Notes under the pieces: generated by a model | Databases searched by the model: none | Told to the model about the DNA's origin: nothing | Seen by the model: the letters and a program-made list of their open reading frames with translations, nothing else | In this document: piece by piece, positions 13,091 to 25,029 of the stretch | Numbering within the stretch: position 1 is the stretch's first letter | Layout of the letters: each line of letters begins with the position of its first letter | Assembly (NCBI GenBank): GCA_051530055.1 | Contig: CM121341.1 | Coordinates: 6,612,784 to 6,676,783 of the forward strand | From: Neoechinorhynchus agilis | Lineage: Eukaryota; Animalia; Acanthocephala | Length of the DNA stretch: 64,000 bases | Reading direction: 5' to 3' | Translations under genes and position numbers: made by a program

Positions 13091-13390
13091 AGAGGGGGAG
13101 CAGCAACCGCTGTTGAGGAACGCAAAAGGGCAAAATACAGGGATCTGAGTCGAAATCATTATTTTGTTCCTTTTGGCGTATAGTCGCTCGGGTCGTTTGG
13201 TACCGCGGCGCAGGACTCGGTCAAGCAATTGTCTAAGAGACTCAGACGAATCACTGGCGATCCGAGATCAGGAGCATTCCTCCTACAAAACATAAGTCTG
13301 CCCTGCAACTGGGACGAGAACGCTGCATTCGTCTTTTCGACCGTTACACCAGGGCGGCAACTGAGCGATCCAGAGCAGTGGTTTGAATGA
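13091..13390 (+). mobile_element. 5'-truncated, inactivated C-terminus of a CRE-clade (REL endonuclease) non-LTR retrotransposon
   Basis: Translates as GGAATAVEERKRAKYRDLSRNHYFVPFGV*SLGSFGTAAQDSVKQLSKRLRRITGDPRSGAFLLQNISL...NAAFVFST, matching the CRE-type pattern AAE..K..KY..L....FVPFAVETLG.WG.....L..RL...SGDPRAGSFL.QRIS.....NAA; GAG>TAG nonsense at the conserved E. Confidence 0.75.
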
Positions 13391-13820
13391 TATTATGGCT
13401 GATACAAGAATTATTTATTATAATGTTAATTGGAGATATCGTATTGGCGTTAATTAATCATATTCATATCGATTCAAGAAATTCCTGTTGATTCCTGCCG
13501 ATACGAGGTACGAAATGTCTTAAGTACAACGTTTTCTACTGAGCGAAGACAATAACAACAAATTTAATCAATAACCCGCCTCCTCTCTACCCGGAAGCTC
13601 ACATATCGACATTTTCAACCTGTTTTTAATTATTGTTGAAAATATAGTTGAAACGAAAAATGCCTTCATCAATCAGCAACGTCTATGGGCTTTGTTTTCA
13701 CATTTTCCTTATTTCGTAAAGAAGTATAAACATTTGCTTACCTCTTCATCATGGTACGCATTGACGACGGTGACCGGACTAAGCGATCATTTCGAAGTTG
13801 TCAAAATTTAGACGAACAAT

Positions 13821-16165
13821 ATGGAAATACTTAGAACCGCTTACAAATCCGTTTGTTCAATCGATGGTGATGAGCGGAGACTAATTGCGTCAACGAATCA
13901 AGTAATCACAAGAGAGGATGAATTCAATTTGTTTACATGCGGTCTTTACAAGCAAATTGGGCCGAATTCTTTTCTTCATGAAAACGGCAAGGATATCGAT
14001 GAACTTCTTATGTTAGACGAGGAAAAGACAGTGAAGCATCAAAAACCAAAAATGAACTATCTTTATGGCGGACACTGTTCAGCCGATCGCTTTGTTCACA
14101 GTTGTATCAGAGAGCAATTGAACAAACGTTTGTTGTACTCCATGTATGCAAATGGTAGGAAATGGATTTGCCGGAACGTATTTGAGCTTGAGGACGCCAA
14201 TCAGGTATTGTTTCCCATTCAAGTGGAGATGGAAAAAATCAGGGATTTGGTCCGATATCTTTTAAAGAGTTTGTTTTGTTTTAAAAGTAAAGGAGAACTA
14301 AAACGAATGTGCCAGACCTTTTATCCTTGAGAAAATGACTGACGAGTGGTCGTAGTGTTTTTAGAACCTCGCCAAGCATCTTCTTTATTTCTTTCAAAAA
14401 AATCAAGCAATCTCCTTATTGCTCGGGAAAAACAAGTCTTTTTTCTCTCACTCTAACGTCTGTAGGTGTCTAATGAGACTGCTCGGTTCCTTGTTTTACA
14501 TAAGTGAATCCACGAGTAACTCTTGTGCTCTCCAATATTTCTTATTCGTTCGACATCTGACGAGATATCTTGCCCGTCGGCGTGTGGATGTCTTAAGCAA
14601 TTATGTCCGAGTATGGGATGAAAACGCCCTGATGGTCAACGTGTACCGAGCTAGATTCATCCCTGATCAAGATGGAGATTTCACTGTTGTCGTTAGTGAG
14701 TCCGGTCGTCAAAGCAAGCAAACAAGTTTTCATATTCAATGTTTAAGAATACTTCTCGGTGAATTCTGTACTGCGAGGATGGACACGATAGACGAAGTAG
14801 CCCTCGGATTAAAACATTCTTCGCTCTGTGAAAATGACGGCGGAATTCGTTTAAATAACGGAATGAGCCTTTTGGTCACGGACCTTGAGAACTACTTTGA
14901 TAGCATCAAGATCGACGTTTTGCTCAAAACTAATACGATCACACGTCTTCTCGAGTATTTAAGAATTCACGTTCAAGTCGTGCGCTTTGATGAATATAAC
15001 GAGTACACGTTGACCAGTAGTCGCAGGATCAGCGTAAAGAAAAGATTGTTTTGGTCCCAAAGTGCACAGATAAAAATGCGGCGAAATACAGTGTACGCTT
15101 TCAAGCGTTCAATTTGGGTCGAAAGCAAGCAGCTGGTTAAGTTTTTTATATCCTGGCTTACTCGATACACGATAAAATTGCATGGAAAATTCTTTGGAAA
15201 GAAATTGATAAGATAAGACTCATTGAAAACGAACTTATTTTATATGATTCTTATCAAAGGACTTCCAAGAGGATCTTGTCTATCGCCCATTCTTTGCCAT
15301 GCTTATCTTAACCAGCTGGATGATGTCCGAGGTGAGAGGTACTTGAATCGGATCCAATGAAAACTCCATTGAACTTGGACAATTTTTTCTAAAGCATAGG
15401 AACGTTTTGAGAATGGGGGAGGGAAGTGATTTTAACCTGTTTGACTAATTTAAGTACCTCTAATCTGAACTCAATATGATACCAAAATCTATCAACTTTA
15501 GAAATACCGATGACATACTGATCGTTTGTATGACGTCCGACATTCCACTTGTAGAATGCGAATTGAACAAAGTTCTATCTAATCTCGGATTACGACAAAA
15601 TCCAAACAAAATGTATAGAATTGTCCAAGGTGAATGCTCCAAATGTGTTCCGTTCGGCAGTGGCTTGATTGTATTTAACCGAGCCGTTTTGAGTTTCCGA
15701 TTTTACTCGCGAAATGATTGTTCAAATAAAAGTCAATACTATTTGCCAAATGAACGTCTAGAAGATAAAATGGAATTGCTCAGTAGTCGTATGCTGACTA
15801 AGTTAACCGCTCGACTGAAACAAGCTTTCCTCTCATGTGACGTGAACCCAGAATCAATCGTTCTTCTTAACATCGTAGAGATATTTAAGAGTTCGGCTCG
15901 TGACTTCAAAAATCTAACTAACAATTTGAAACTTAGCTTTGAACGATCGGAACAGCGATATGGCAGTTTGCTAATGAAATGCTGCCAAAAAGTTTGGAAA
16001 CACTTCACAATGCATAACAAGTCCGATATTATTTTTTCAAAATCGACAATTGAATACCATGGAATATGGGGCTACCTAAACGAATTTGAAGAATCACCTG
16101 GAAAGTATAAAAGGCTATTAAAGTGGACTAGGCGAATGTATGATTCCTTGAGTGCAGATTTGTAA
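13821..16165 (+). CDS. TERT: Divergent telomerase reverse transcriptase, multi-exon, possibly defective
   Basis: Motifs in the correct order: T motif LFYISESTSNSCALQYF, motif 1/2 RARFIPDQDGDFTVVV, A LLVTDLENYFDSI, B' GLPRGSCLSPILCHAYL, C RNTDDILIV, D LGLRQNPNK, E-like VPFGSGL, followed by a thumb/CTE-like region. Confidence 0.8.
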
Positions 16166-17244
16166 GTGGTTTGAGAATTCTAAAGCCGTTGCTCGCCTTG
16201 TTGTCAAAAATCACAGCTCTAAAGAATAGCATTCTTGTTTTTTAAGATGGACAAAACGCCACCGCTCTGGTTCATTCAATCACTTCTCTTGACTTCAGAT
16301 TGAGCATCAATGTGTTTGAGAAGGAAATAAATCTCTATAGTTGAGGAGACGATCCGGGTAAGTTAGGCTACGAAGAAAGCGGACGAAAGTGCGTTCAGTA
16401 TGACCATGAGGGCGGATATTACGGTTCAGGATTCTTAGTTCGAGTGAAGTGTTCCTGAGTCCATGCCCGTCAGAATGAGAGCAATCTTCTTGTAGGAGCT
16501 TCTGCTTTGTTCTTTCAAACTCGATTGACTTCTCTAAGCGGTTAGGATAGTGCTCACGAGGAATGTAAATCTCCTAGTTCTCACGCAGTTACATCGGCAG
16601 GTTTTACTCGACAATGACGAGACCTCAATTCAATGTAGAAGGCTTGTCCGTCAATCAACGAGAAAAACTTGGGAGTTTGTTTTTATTTGCGCAAAACTCA
16701 ACAATTAAGACGAATAATTTGCCACTTTTCATGGGGCGGAGGAATTATCAATGCCTCTAAAAACAATAACTTTAAAGTCGTTCCTTTTTCACACGGGCAA
16801 ACTCATTTTTCCATACCATCAACCGAAATGAAAAGTAAAAAAAACCCAACCTCACAAGAATAACTACTGATTTTCGGATCCACATTTTGCTACAAGAATT
16901 GGACCAACTTGATTTTGCGTAATCTTTGTGTGGCATTGTTTTTGTGTTCGTTATTTGAGCGATAAACAATATTGGACTAAAAACAATGGAATGCGGGTTT
17001 GGTGAAGTCGAGCGAAGTTTGCTCGAGTGGGAATATCCTGAGTGTGGATTGGTGGTTATTGTTTGCAAAGCCTTCTCTTGAACACAACAATCTCCCTTGG
17101 GAAAAATTCGATGTATGAGCTAGTTCCTAAGGAACAATTGCTAATCAGTATAGAAGATCAGCAGAAGAGTCAGGCATACGATCTGAATGCAATGTCTTAA
17201 AAGGAGATAAAATAATAAATATCATCTTGAATGAATTGCAAGTT

Positions 17245-17258
17245 GTCTCCATGGTGAC
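17245..17258. promoter_or_regulatory. RFX X-box candidate
   Basis: GTCTCCATGGTGAC matches RTHNYYWTRRNRAC. Confidence 0.4.
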
Positions 17259-18049
17259 CTGCATCGCTTCAAGTGCCGCATAAACACTAGTAAAACGTTC
17301 GGTGAGTTAGTTTCATAGCTGACTTTTTAACAGAAACGCTAGTGAATTTCATTTGAATTTACACAAATTCAAGGAAATTACCATGAATCATGATTCATCT
17401 TTTTGTTAGGATTTCGATAAAATTCCATCTAAGATTCAATTTTGAACTACAATTCCAAGTTCATATAAGAATTCATCACAAATGCTTCATTTGAAAATGT
17501 GCAAAAATCGTTGGCTAGTTACAGCAAAATTATTTTCGTTGTTAAATGGATGTGTTACGGAATTGTCAGGTGTAAATTTGCTTCGAATCTTTTCAATTTC
17601 CATCGCTACGCTATCAATGCAATTTTGAGAACCGTAAAAAATGTCAACAATTTTTTCGCTGCAATGCATATTAAGCTCTCGCTACTAAATAGAACCACAC
17701 ATTTTGCAATTATTTTCGAGCTCATAGTTTCTTAGTAATTTTCATCTAAAACCACTTCGGAAATACGGGTTTTTCTCCTTGAATTTTAATACCATTGAAC
17801 GAAGCTTTAATCGATCGCACGAGGAAGTTCTTCGGCATCGATTCGTTGTTAGGACCGGAGTTTGCTTGCTGGAAAGCCTCGTATAACGCGTCTCTCTCTC
17901 TCGCTTGAGACGGCAAGTATCGCGCAACAACTTGCGTGAGTGTTGTTCACCCAAAAAATCTGCAAGGTGCCTAAGATTTTTCTTTATTGGATTTGAAGAT
18001 TAAAAAGAACGCACGAATAACATTCGCTCGATCGTTGTAGACTTTAAAA

Positions 18050-19708
18050 ATGCCAACGACTGATTCCTACGTGGAACTATGGCTTGTATCATTGCCAGGT
18101 CAGCCCTCACCAGAAGGAAGTTGGGAGAAGCTCAACACAGCAACTAATTACCTATCAACTAACAGTCTCTCCCTAAATTTCCGATTTCCAATCCCAGCAC
18201 TTAAAGTAAGTTGAAACGCACTCTTCAATGGGCTTTAGGATCGATCGTAGGTTGGTACATTGGACGAACTCATCGTTTTGGTGGACGATATCGTCAGAAC
18301 TGACACCAATGTGGCACAGTGAGTAATATTTGGCCGTTATAAATGACTTTAATTATTGTAATAGGCTCTGCCGAAAATTGGCTACCTACTTTGCGAATGT
18401 TCTAGATAAAGATCGGGACAAGCTAGCTGAAAATCTCGTCGTTGGTAATGCACCTGACCCGTTGTCTTATTTAACCAAATTCCAATGGGATTACGCAAAA
18501 TTTCCTATCAGGCTACCGTTGCGTTCAATCTATGAAATAATTCAAAAGGTAATCACAAACCGAGATTTTACTCTAAAAGCTTTCGAGCGGCATCCACTCC
18601 TTGGCAATGGTGATTTTGTTTGCTACACTCATTACAAAAAAAAGGTAGTCATAGCCAAAAAAAATGAAGTTATAAAAACCTGAGCACTAGTTTTAAGGTA
18701 ATTCTTTACAAATGCCCAAGTTTGATTAGTCGATAGCACCACTTTCTAAATGAAATTTCTTTTCAAATTTAGCAAACCGCACACATCGAAAGTGAGCTGA
18801 AATCCAAAAGCACATCCTACGATAAGCTGAATCAACGAATCTCAGCCATGAAACGATCTCAAACAGGAAGTTTGTTGGTTCGAGACCTAACAGGGATACT
18901 GCGCTCCAATGCAGATCTTCTTCGCGACGACCTGCTTAGAAATTCGGATTACTTGAAGACGGTTCTCGTTGTCGTCCCACGATCATCCTACAATGACTTT
19001 CATTCCAAATATGAAACATTGACCGACATGATAGTTCCACGTTCAGCAGTTCTCATAACCGAGGACGACAATTATGGATTGTTCGGAGTTGTAATCTTTA
19101 AAAAAGTCGAGGATTCCTTCAAATACGCATGCAAGCAGCACTCGTTTACGGTCAGAGATTATGAAAGTTTAGAAGCCAACATGAATGACACGAGTGATGA
19201 TGTTCTAAAGAAGATGCAAACCGAAAAGGCTCAGCAGTTCGGACCATTGGTTCGATGGCTAAAAGTTAACTTTAGTGAGTGTTTTGCTGCTTGGGTGCAC
19301 CTTAAAGCACTTCGAATGTTTGTTGAGTCTGTGCTAAGGTGAGATTTATTTGTTGTCTTAAATGCACATTGTTGACTTGTCCACTTTAGATATGGACTTC
19401 CACTCAATTTTTTAACAGTTCTGCTTCAACCGAGAGCAAAAAAGACCGAAAAACTGGTTGGTAGTATAACGAACGCTTTTGATGGCTTCAAGACTAGAGC
19501 CGATAAGAATGCTGAAGCGAAAAATGAGAAGGAGGTTTGTGAAAGCTAACCTTTTTTTGTGCGTCTAACAAGCTATTTCAATCAGTTGGAGCACACCATA
19601 TCACCTGAATTGAATGCACTTGCGAAGGAAATGGAGAAAAGCACATTACCGTTCATACTATATAAACTAGATGTTGACTTCACCGCGGATAAACTTGCGT
19701 GCCGGTGA
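18050..19708 (+). CDS. ATP6V1C: V-type proton ATPase subunit C, spliced, apparently intact
   Basis: LWLVSLP, FPIPALK|VGTLDEL, LTKFQWDYAKFP, GSLLVRDLT, SDYLKTVLVVVP, DMIVPRS, LVRWLKVNFSECFAAWVHLKALRMFVESVLR|YGLP; GT-AG introns keep the frame. Confidence 0.95.
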
Positions 19709-19889
19709 ATGTAAAGAGATTGCGTGAAAATTAATAATCATACTTTCGCCAACTGTTGACTTTTTTGGTTCTCCTAAAATACTATTTTTTATTCCCTATC
19801 AATAATAACCTATTTAGAATAATGTAAACTTGCATGTCGTTGCTATGGCATTAAAAACGAATTAAATTCAATTAATCAAAGAAAAGTAT

Positions 19890-20705
19890 ATGTCCGTCGA
19901 TCCGCCTAAAGAGGAACAAATCATTCAGCGACCTAGTGATATTAATGAATTCACTAAGTTTCTGTCCGAAGGACCAAGGAGGACACCGAAGATTGTTGTG
20001 TTCGTCGAAGGTGATTCCGAATTATCGCGAAAAATCATCGAAGACTTGAAACCCGTTGACATAATTTGCGTCGATATCAGCTTAGTCAAAGAAGTCCAGA
20101 GCCGATATGCCATTTCTGCGATCCCCACGGTTGTTTCGATTTGCTACGATAAAGAAGTAGCTCGTTTCACTGGAGTTCAATCATCTGAATTTTATGACGA
20201 ATTTCTTAAAGCAAGTCTTAGGAAAACAAAATTGTGCAAACCGACTGGTGTTGTGGAAATCACGTCTTTGGGCGAACTCAAAGAACTAATTGATGATCTC
20301 GATGAAGAAAAACGTTTGCTCGTAATAGATTTCTACGCTAACTGGTGCTTACCATGCCGACTGTTCAGTCCGTTGATTGAACATTTGTCCACTGAGCGTA
20401 CGGACGTTATGTTCGGTAAAATTGACATTGGCTCGCCCTTTGGTGTTTTGTTATCTGAAGAATTCAATATCTCTGCTCTGCCAACGGTTTTTCTGCTTGC
20501 TAATAAGGATCAAATTCAAAATGATGAAAACATTGAGCTCATTTGTATGTCTGGAGACGTAAACTGTTACGTTAAGATCGCAAGTCTTGCTGGATTTCAA
20601 AACCAAGTCAATCTGAATACTTTCATTGATATTGGCCTAGAGAAGATTAGAGGAAAAATCGGTATTAAAAATGATTTGCAACAACAAAATACAGAGGATT
20701 CGTGA
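19890..20705 (+). CDS. Two-domain thioredoxin-like protein; domain 1 lacks CxxC, domain 2 has WCLPC
   Basis: LVIDFYANWCLPCRLFSP, FGKIDI, NISALPTVF; the first domain has RYAISAIPTVV...EVARFTG. Confidence 0.75.
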   Translation: MSVDPPKEEQIIQRPSDINEFTKFLSEGPRRTPKIVVFVEGDSELSRKIIEDLKPVDIICVDISLVKEVQSRYAISAIPTVVSICYDKEVARFTGVQSSEFYDEFLKASLRKTKLCKPTGVVEITSLGELKELIDDLDEEKRLLVIDFYANWCLPCRLFSPLIEHLSTERTDVMFGKIDIGSPFGVLLSEEFNISALPTVFLLANKDQIQNDENIELICMSGDVNCYVKIASLAGFQNQVNLNTFIDIGLEKIRGKIGIKNDLQQQNTEDS

Positions 20706-20812
20706 GATGTGTTTTTTGGCTGTTAGCAACTCGTTGTTTGATAAAAAAATATTGACCATACATTGAAAGACGACTGCTTTACTTTCCCCTCAAAAAAAGG
20801 CGAGAGCATGAA

Positions 20813-21157
20813 TCAATCGAATAGTTCGGGCGCCTTAGTGTAGACATCAGCCAGGAACTGATTAAAAGTCTGCTGGAACTCCAATTTGGTCATAAGAGTC
20901 CTATCGTGTTGGACGTTTTGACTAAGCTCTTGTCTCTCACCGGGCTTTCTATCCCAGTATCTCGGTCTGCATTTCACCTCCTTCGCCCGTTTGCAATAAG
21001 CACAATGGGTATAATTGGGTCTTTCCACCGCTGATCGATAATCACTAACCTTAACATAATTTTTATTGTCATCATTGAAGATGGCGAGCATTTGACGGGT
21101 TCGCCAAACCGCAAGACTATGGCTGCTATTATTCGATCTCTGTCCAGACTGATCCAT
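20813..21157 (-). CDS. Small protein with a possible degenerate EF-hand (EFCAB10-like)
   Basis: 114-aa ATG ORF; QMLAIFNDDNKNYVKVSDYRSAV resembles an EF-hand loop. Confidence 0.35.
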   Translation of the reverse strand: MDQSGQRSNNSSHSLAVWRTRQMLAIFNDDNKNYVKVSDYRSAVERPNYTHCAYCKRAKEVKCRPRYWDRKPGERQELSQNVQHDRTLMTKLEFQQTFNQFLADVYTKAPELFD

Positions 21158-21785
21158 CTCGATTTGTGTAATGAATTCGTTGGTATTATAGCAGTGAAAG
21201 CGAACAATGTACTTTTGTAACGGATCTTAGGGTGGGGTTTATTATCCGTCTACGTGATGGAGACTAAAGTACGTTGAATTCTAGTGCACTGATTGAGATA
21301 CACTTTTGATGAAGTGTAACATGTCGAGATAAGAAAATTCCGTGCTTTTTCATGAATTGAAATTTTTTTTATTTGCCTCAATCTTTTTCTTCTAAGATGC
21401 TCAAAATTAAAGTGAAGGTAATGTCGTGATTCTCACTAGTGATAACATTAAGGATTAAAGGAATTGATGCCGGTCCGGAATCATACATCAAATTACGCTT
21501 TCCACTAATTATTTTTTGCCATTTGCTAAAGGGGGTTTAAAGTGAAATGGACGAACAAGTACAAAAAGAAGTTTTCTTACATAAATCTACACATCGCGGC
21601 CATCATCATTCATTGATATTTCGCTGTGTCATCTTCCACAAACACCGGATCGTCTTTATCATTAAAATCGACATTCGCTCCTTTGAGTGAAATAAAACGA
21701 GAATTGGAGGAAATTTGTTGTTTTTCGCATTTTTAAAAGGAAGTCCTTTTAATTGGTAGGTAGAATCTACGTTCGATTTAAAGTA

Positions 21786-22820
21786 CTAATCAAGATGCAT
21801 AACGGAGCCTTCTGTTTGAGCGACTTTGATTTGCGTTAATGTCCGAACATTCCACTGTTTGATTGTTTGATCATCAGATCCACTCAAAATGACAAAAGAT
21901 TCCATTGTTGGTGAAATCGCTTTCACTGCAGAACGATGAGCTTCAATTCGCGATGTAGTTACTTGTCCGTTTCCCGAATCGATGTGAGCGATTTCCAATG
22001 TACCGACTTGATCACCGGCTACGATGTAGATAAGTGAATATGAAGCGATTCTAATGCATGTGGGGCCATTTAAATTAAAGTCGAATGATTGAACACAGGA
22101 TTTAGAGAAAATGTCGTAGATTTGAGTCTTGCGACGTCTGATTTCGTTCTAAAGAAAGAATTGAATTGCAAATAAATCCTCAGTATTTCGAAATGCTCCT
22201 TTAATGATTTTTATTTCTAGGAGGGGGGAATAAAATCTATGAGCAGCAAAGCGTCAAATGGTTGAGGATTTTTCCTTAAACTAAAAAGGAAATCGAACAA
22301 TAAAACGGATGAAGAATTTATAGTGATTGCAACTCTCGTTCTCAAACGAGCAACAAGAAAAATGAACTATGAAACTCGATTGTAGTTTCAAAGAACAAAA
22401 TTTCAACTTTGTGGCACAATTTAAAAAAACCCGAGACAAATCCGAGTATTTGAACGACGAAATAGTCCGTCTGACCGCTTTGAAACAGAATAACGAACAC
22501 ATCTCCCATTGCATCGATATCACAAATTGAACATTCCCAATCAACGCTTGAAAGAGTCCAGTGTCGTTCGGATGTAGAGTTCCTGAGGCACAAAAAGTAT
22601 GCCAAACAATGACAATTTGATCGTTTTCACCGAAACTGATCAGATATCGACCATTGAGTGTAAAGAGCACTTTCTTCCCTTGGCTAAAGTGTCCACTAAG
22701 GCTGAGTTTATCTTCGTTATTCTTGAATGATTGATTCAGTGAGTATAGATCGATTTTTGAACAAAGTGCGAGAGCAACAAATACTTCATCGTCACTAACG
22801 TCAAAACTTGCGATATTACA
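21786..22820 (-). CDS. WD40-repeat protein, spliced, ends uncertain
   Basis: SGHFSQGKKVLFTLNGRYLISFGENDQIVIVW and AHRSAVKAISPTMESFVILSGSDDQTIKQWNV are GH...WD repeats. Confidence 0.7.
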
Positions 22821-22906
22821 TTCGACCGGACCGATCCCGCACTTTACACGATAAAGACGATTTCAATTCGATCCGAATCTGCAGTTCAAAACTTCTATTT
22901 TTTGAG

Positions 22907-23822
22907 ATGGCAAAGTTCCAAAGAAGAAAATCGAGTAAAGCTCGAAAACTTCATAGGACAACAACATCTCTGAAACCAGCAAAGGACCGATTTTATGAAC
23001 CCGAAGAACTAAAACGAGCTCCAAATACACGTGCTCGCGACTGCCTGGATATTTCACGTGTCTCATATTTGGACTATTACTCGACGAACCAGCAATCCAA
23101 TATTTCAATTGGTCACAGTTCCCAAAGGACCCACTTTAACGTTTAAAATTGAACGACTCACTCTTGTCTCTGAAGTAATTTCTTCCCTAAGACAAAAGGA
23201 CATTAATCAACAGCTCTTTACAACGCCACCTCTACTAATTCTCAGCGGATTTCGTGGATCAGAAGATTTAAAACAAATACAAATGGTCGCTAAAGTGTTC
23301 CGACGGTCGTTTCCGCCCGTAAATATCCAAAAAGTCGCGTTTGACGAACTTAAGCGATGTGTCGTTGTGAGTTATCACAGAAATGATTGATTCGAAATGC
23401 GACATTAGAAAGTTGAGATTCAAGCGTACTAACGATATTTTAATGATTTTCCTTTTATATTTTAGTTCAATTAATCGATCGATATCACATGGTTGTAATC
23501 GAATTTCTAAGAAATTGATTGACAATAAGCATTGCCCGATCTTTCAAAGTTTGAGACTTTAGAGGATGCTTTGCGGACAGAAGGAGGTTTGGGTTCGGAG
23601 AGTGACGAAGATGATGGAAAATGCATAATAAAAGAAGGAAATGTTCAAATAAAGCTCAGTGAGTTGGGGCCAAGACTCACATTCAATTTGATTGAAATTT
23701 TGGAAGGAGTTTGTACGGGTAATATGTTGTATCCTCACTTTGAAAATAGGGAAATAAAACGGAAAAAGAAGAAACGTTCAAAGCCAGAAAAGAATGAGGA
23801 CGAAAAAGAACAAATTTCTTGA
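22907..23822 (+). pseudogene. PPAN: Peter Pan/Ssf1 Brix-domain ribosome biogenesis gene, disrupted
   Basis: VPKGPTLTFKI, PPLLILSGF, SFPPVNIQKV, LKRCVVV, FEMRH*KV, LSELGPRLTFNLIEILEGV. It has a frameshifting deletion near 23030, in-frame TGA (23388-23390) and TAG, and a frameshift near 23532. Confidence 0.8.
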
Positions 23823-23844
23823 AGTAATTGTATCTTTTTTTTAT

Positions 23845-24670
23845 TTTTGAAGCCTGGACAGTCGGTAACTTTTCAGTATCTATCAAGCTCTCTACAAAAC
23901 CCCGATCTAGAACTCATCGCAGTCCACTTCTCAGCTCCTCCCAGAAATATCCTACACAAATTACAAACTCCACCTGCATTTCTCTAAATGATTCGAAATG
24001 ATCCCTTCATTCTCCTTCAACCCTACATCCTCCCTCGAGCTTTCAAATGACATCCTACGAGCAATCTCCCTAAGAATTCTGGGTTTCCAATTCCAATCAA
24101 ATTTGAAATGAGACTCGCACATCACTCTCTCCCTCAAGCACAACACTTTTAAAATTTATCTCCTCAAACGCCTTCGACATTTAGGAATCCCTTCACCCGA
24201 TCTCTCCAAATTTTACTTCAGCTTTATTCTGCCCTCCCTCACCTACGTTTATTCCGTCTTTTGCAATCCATCCAAATCTCAAATCCGTCGTCTTGAAATG
24301 TTTCATAAAAGATCATCTAAAATTGGCAAAACTGACTTTCCGCCTCTCACCGAATGCCTTGATACTATTTTCATAAAACAATCAAAACGTCTATCAACCC
24401 TACCTTCACAATTTCTTTCATCCTCCCTCAACCTCGAACCTCCCTATACCAACGCTCCTTTTCCATGCTGCCCAATTCTCTCTGGAATATCATAACTCGA
24501 AAATGAACCTGAGGAAAGACCAACCTTAAAAGCGCTCCTCTAAACAATAACCACCAATTCGCCCACAAGAACGGACCTTCCAACCGGATATTCTTAAACG
24601 AGCAGACATATTCTCATCCAAATGGGCGTCCCTCCGACCTGATATTCTACACCCAACCAAAGGTGCATGG
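23845..24670 (+). mobile_element. Internally deleted L2/CR1-type LINE: APE fragment fused to the RT C-terminus and 3'UTR
   Basis: About 105 bp (23847-23951) are ~96% identical to the reverse complement of the APE region at ~31612-31716. This is followed by LRILGFQFQSNLK*DSHI...IYLLKRLRHLGIPSPDLSKFYFSFILPSLTY...QIRRLEMFHKRSSKI. Confidence 0.8.
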
Positions 24671-25029
24671 AGGATCCTATTCTGTATTTTCATCGATAGA
24701 AAATCCTTCGGGTAAGTTTATATTCTGTATTTCTTACCAATAAACGTGATCGATTTTTACCAGCATCGTTTTCTTCGTCGGATTGTTTTCTACTAAATTA
24801 TCAAACTTTCTTGGGGATCTTTATTAAAACTCCACTTTGTCTCACTTCACTGTTTAAAATTGAAATGTGGATCGAGTTAACGATCAGGCGAATTAAGTAA
24901 CCGGCAAAAGACGTTTTTTTCAACTTGTCAAATTGCTTCCGAAACTATTTAAATCCTATGACCAAGACGCGTTTTCCACCCGAATCCTTAGGATTTAATT
25001 TCATTGCTCAAATCAAAAATTTTGTCTTT

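Noticed and set aside
13189-13390. Structured ncRNA (7SK-like GAUCGCCAG..UGAUUCG on the minus strand, or a telomerase RNA next to TERT)
   Set aside because: The plus strand translates into a recognisable CRE-clade C-terminus over ~100 codons, and no telomeric template is present.
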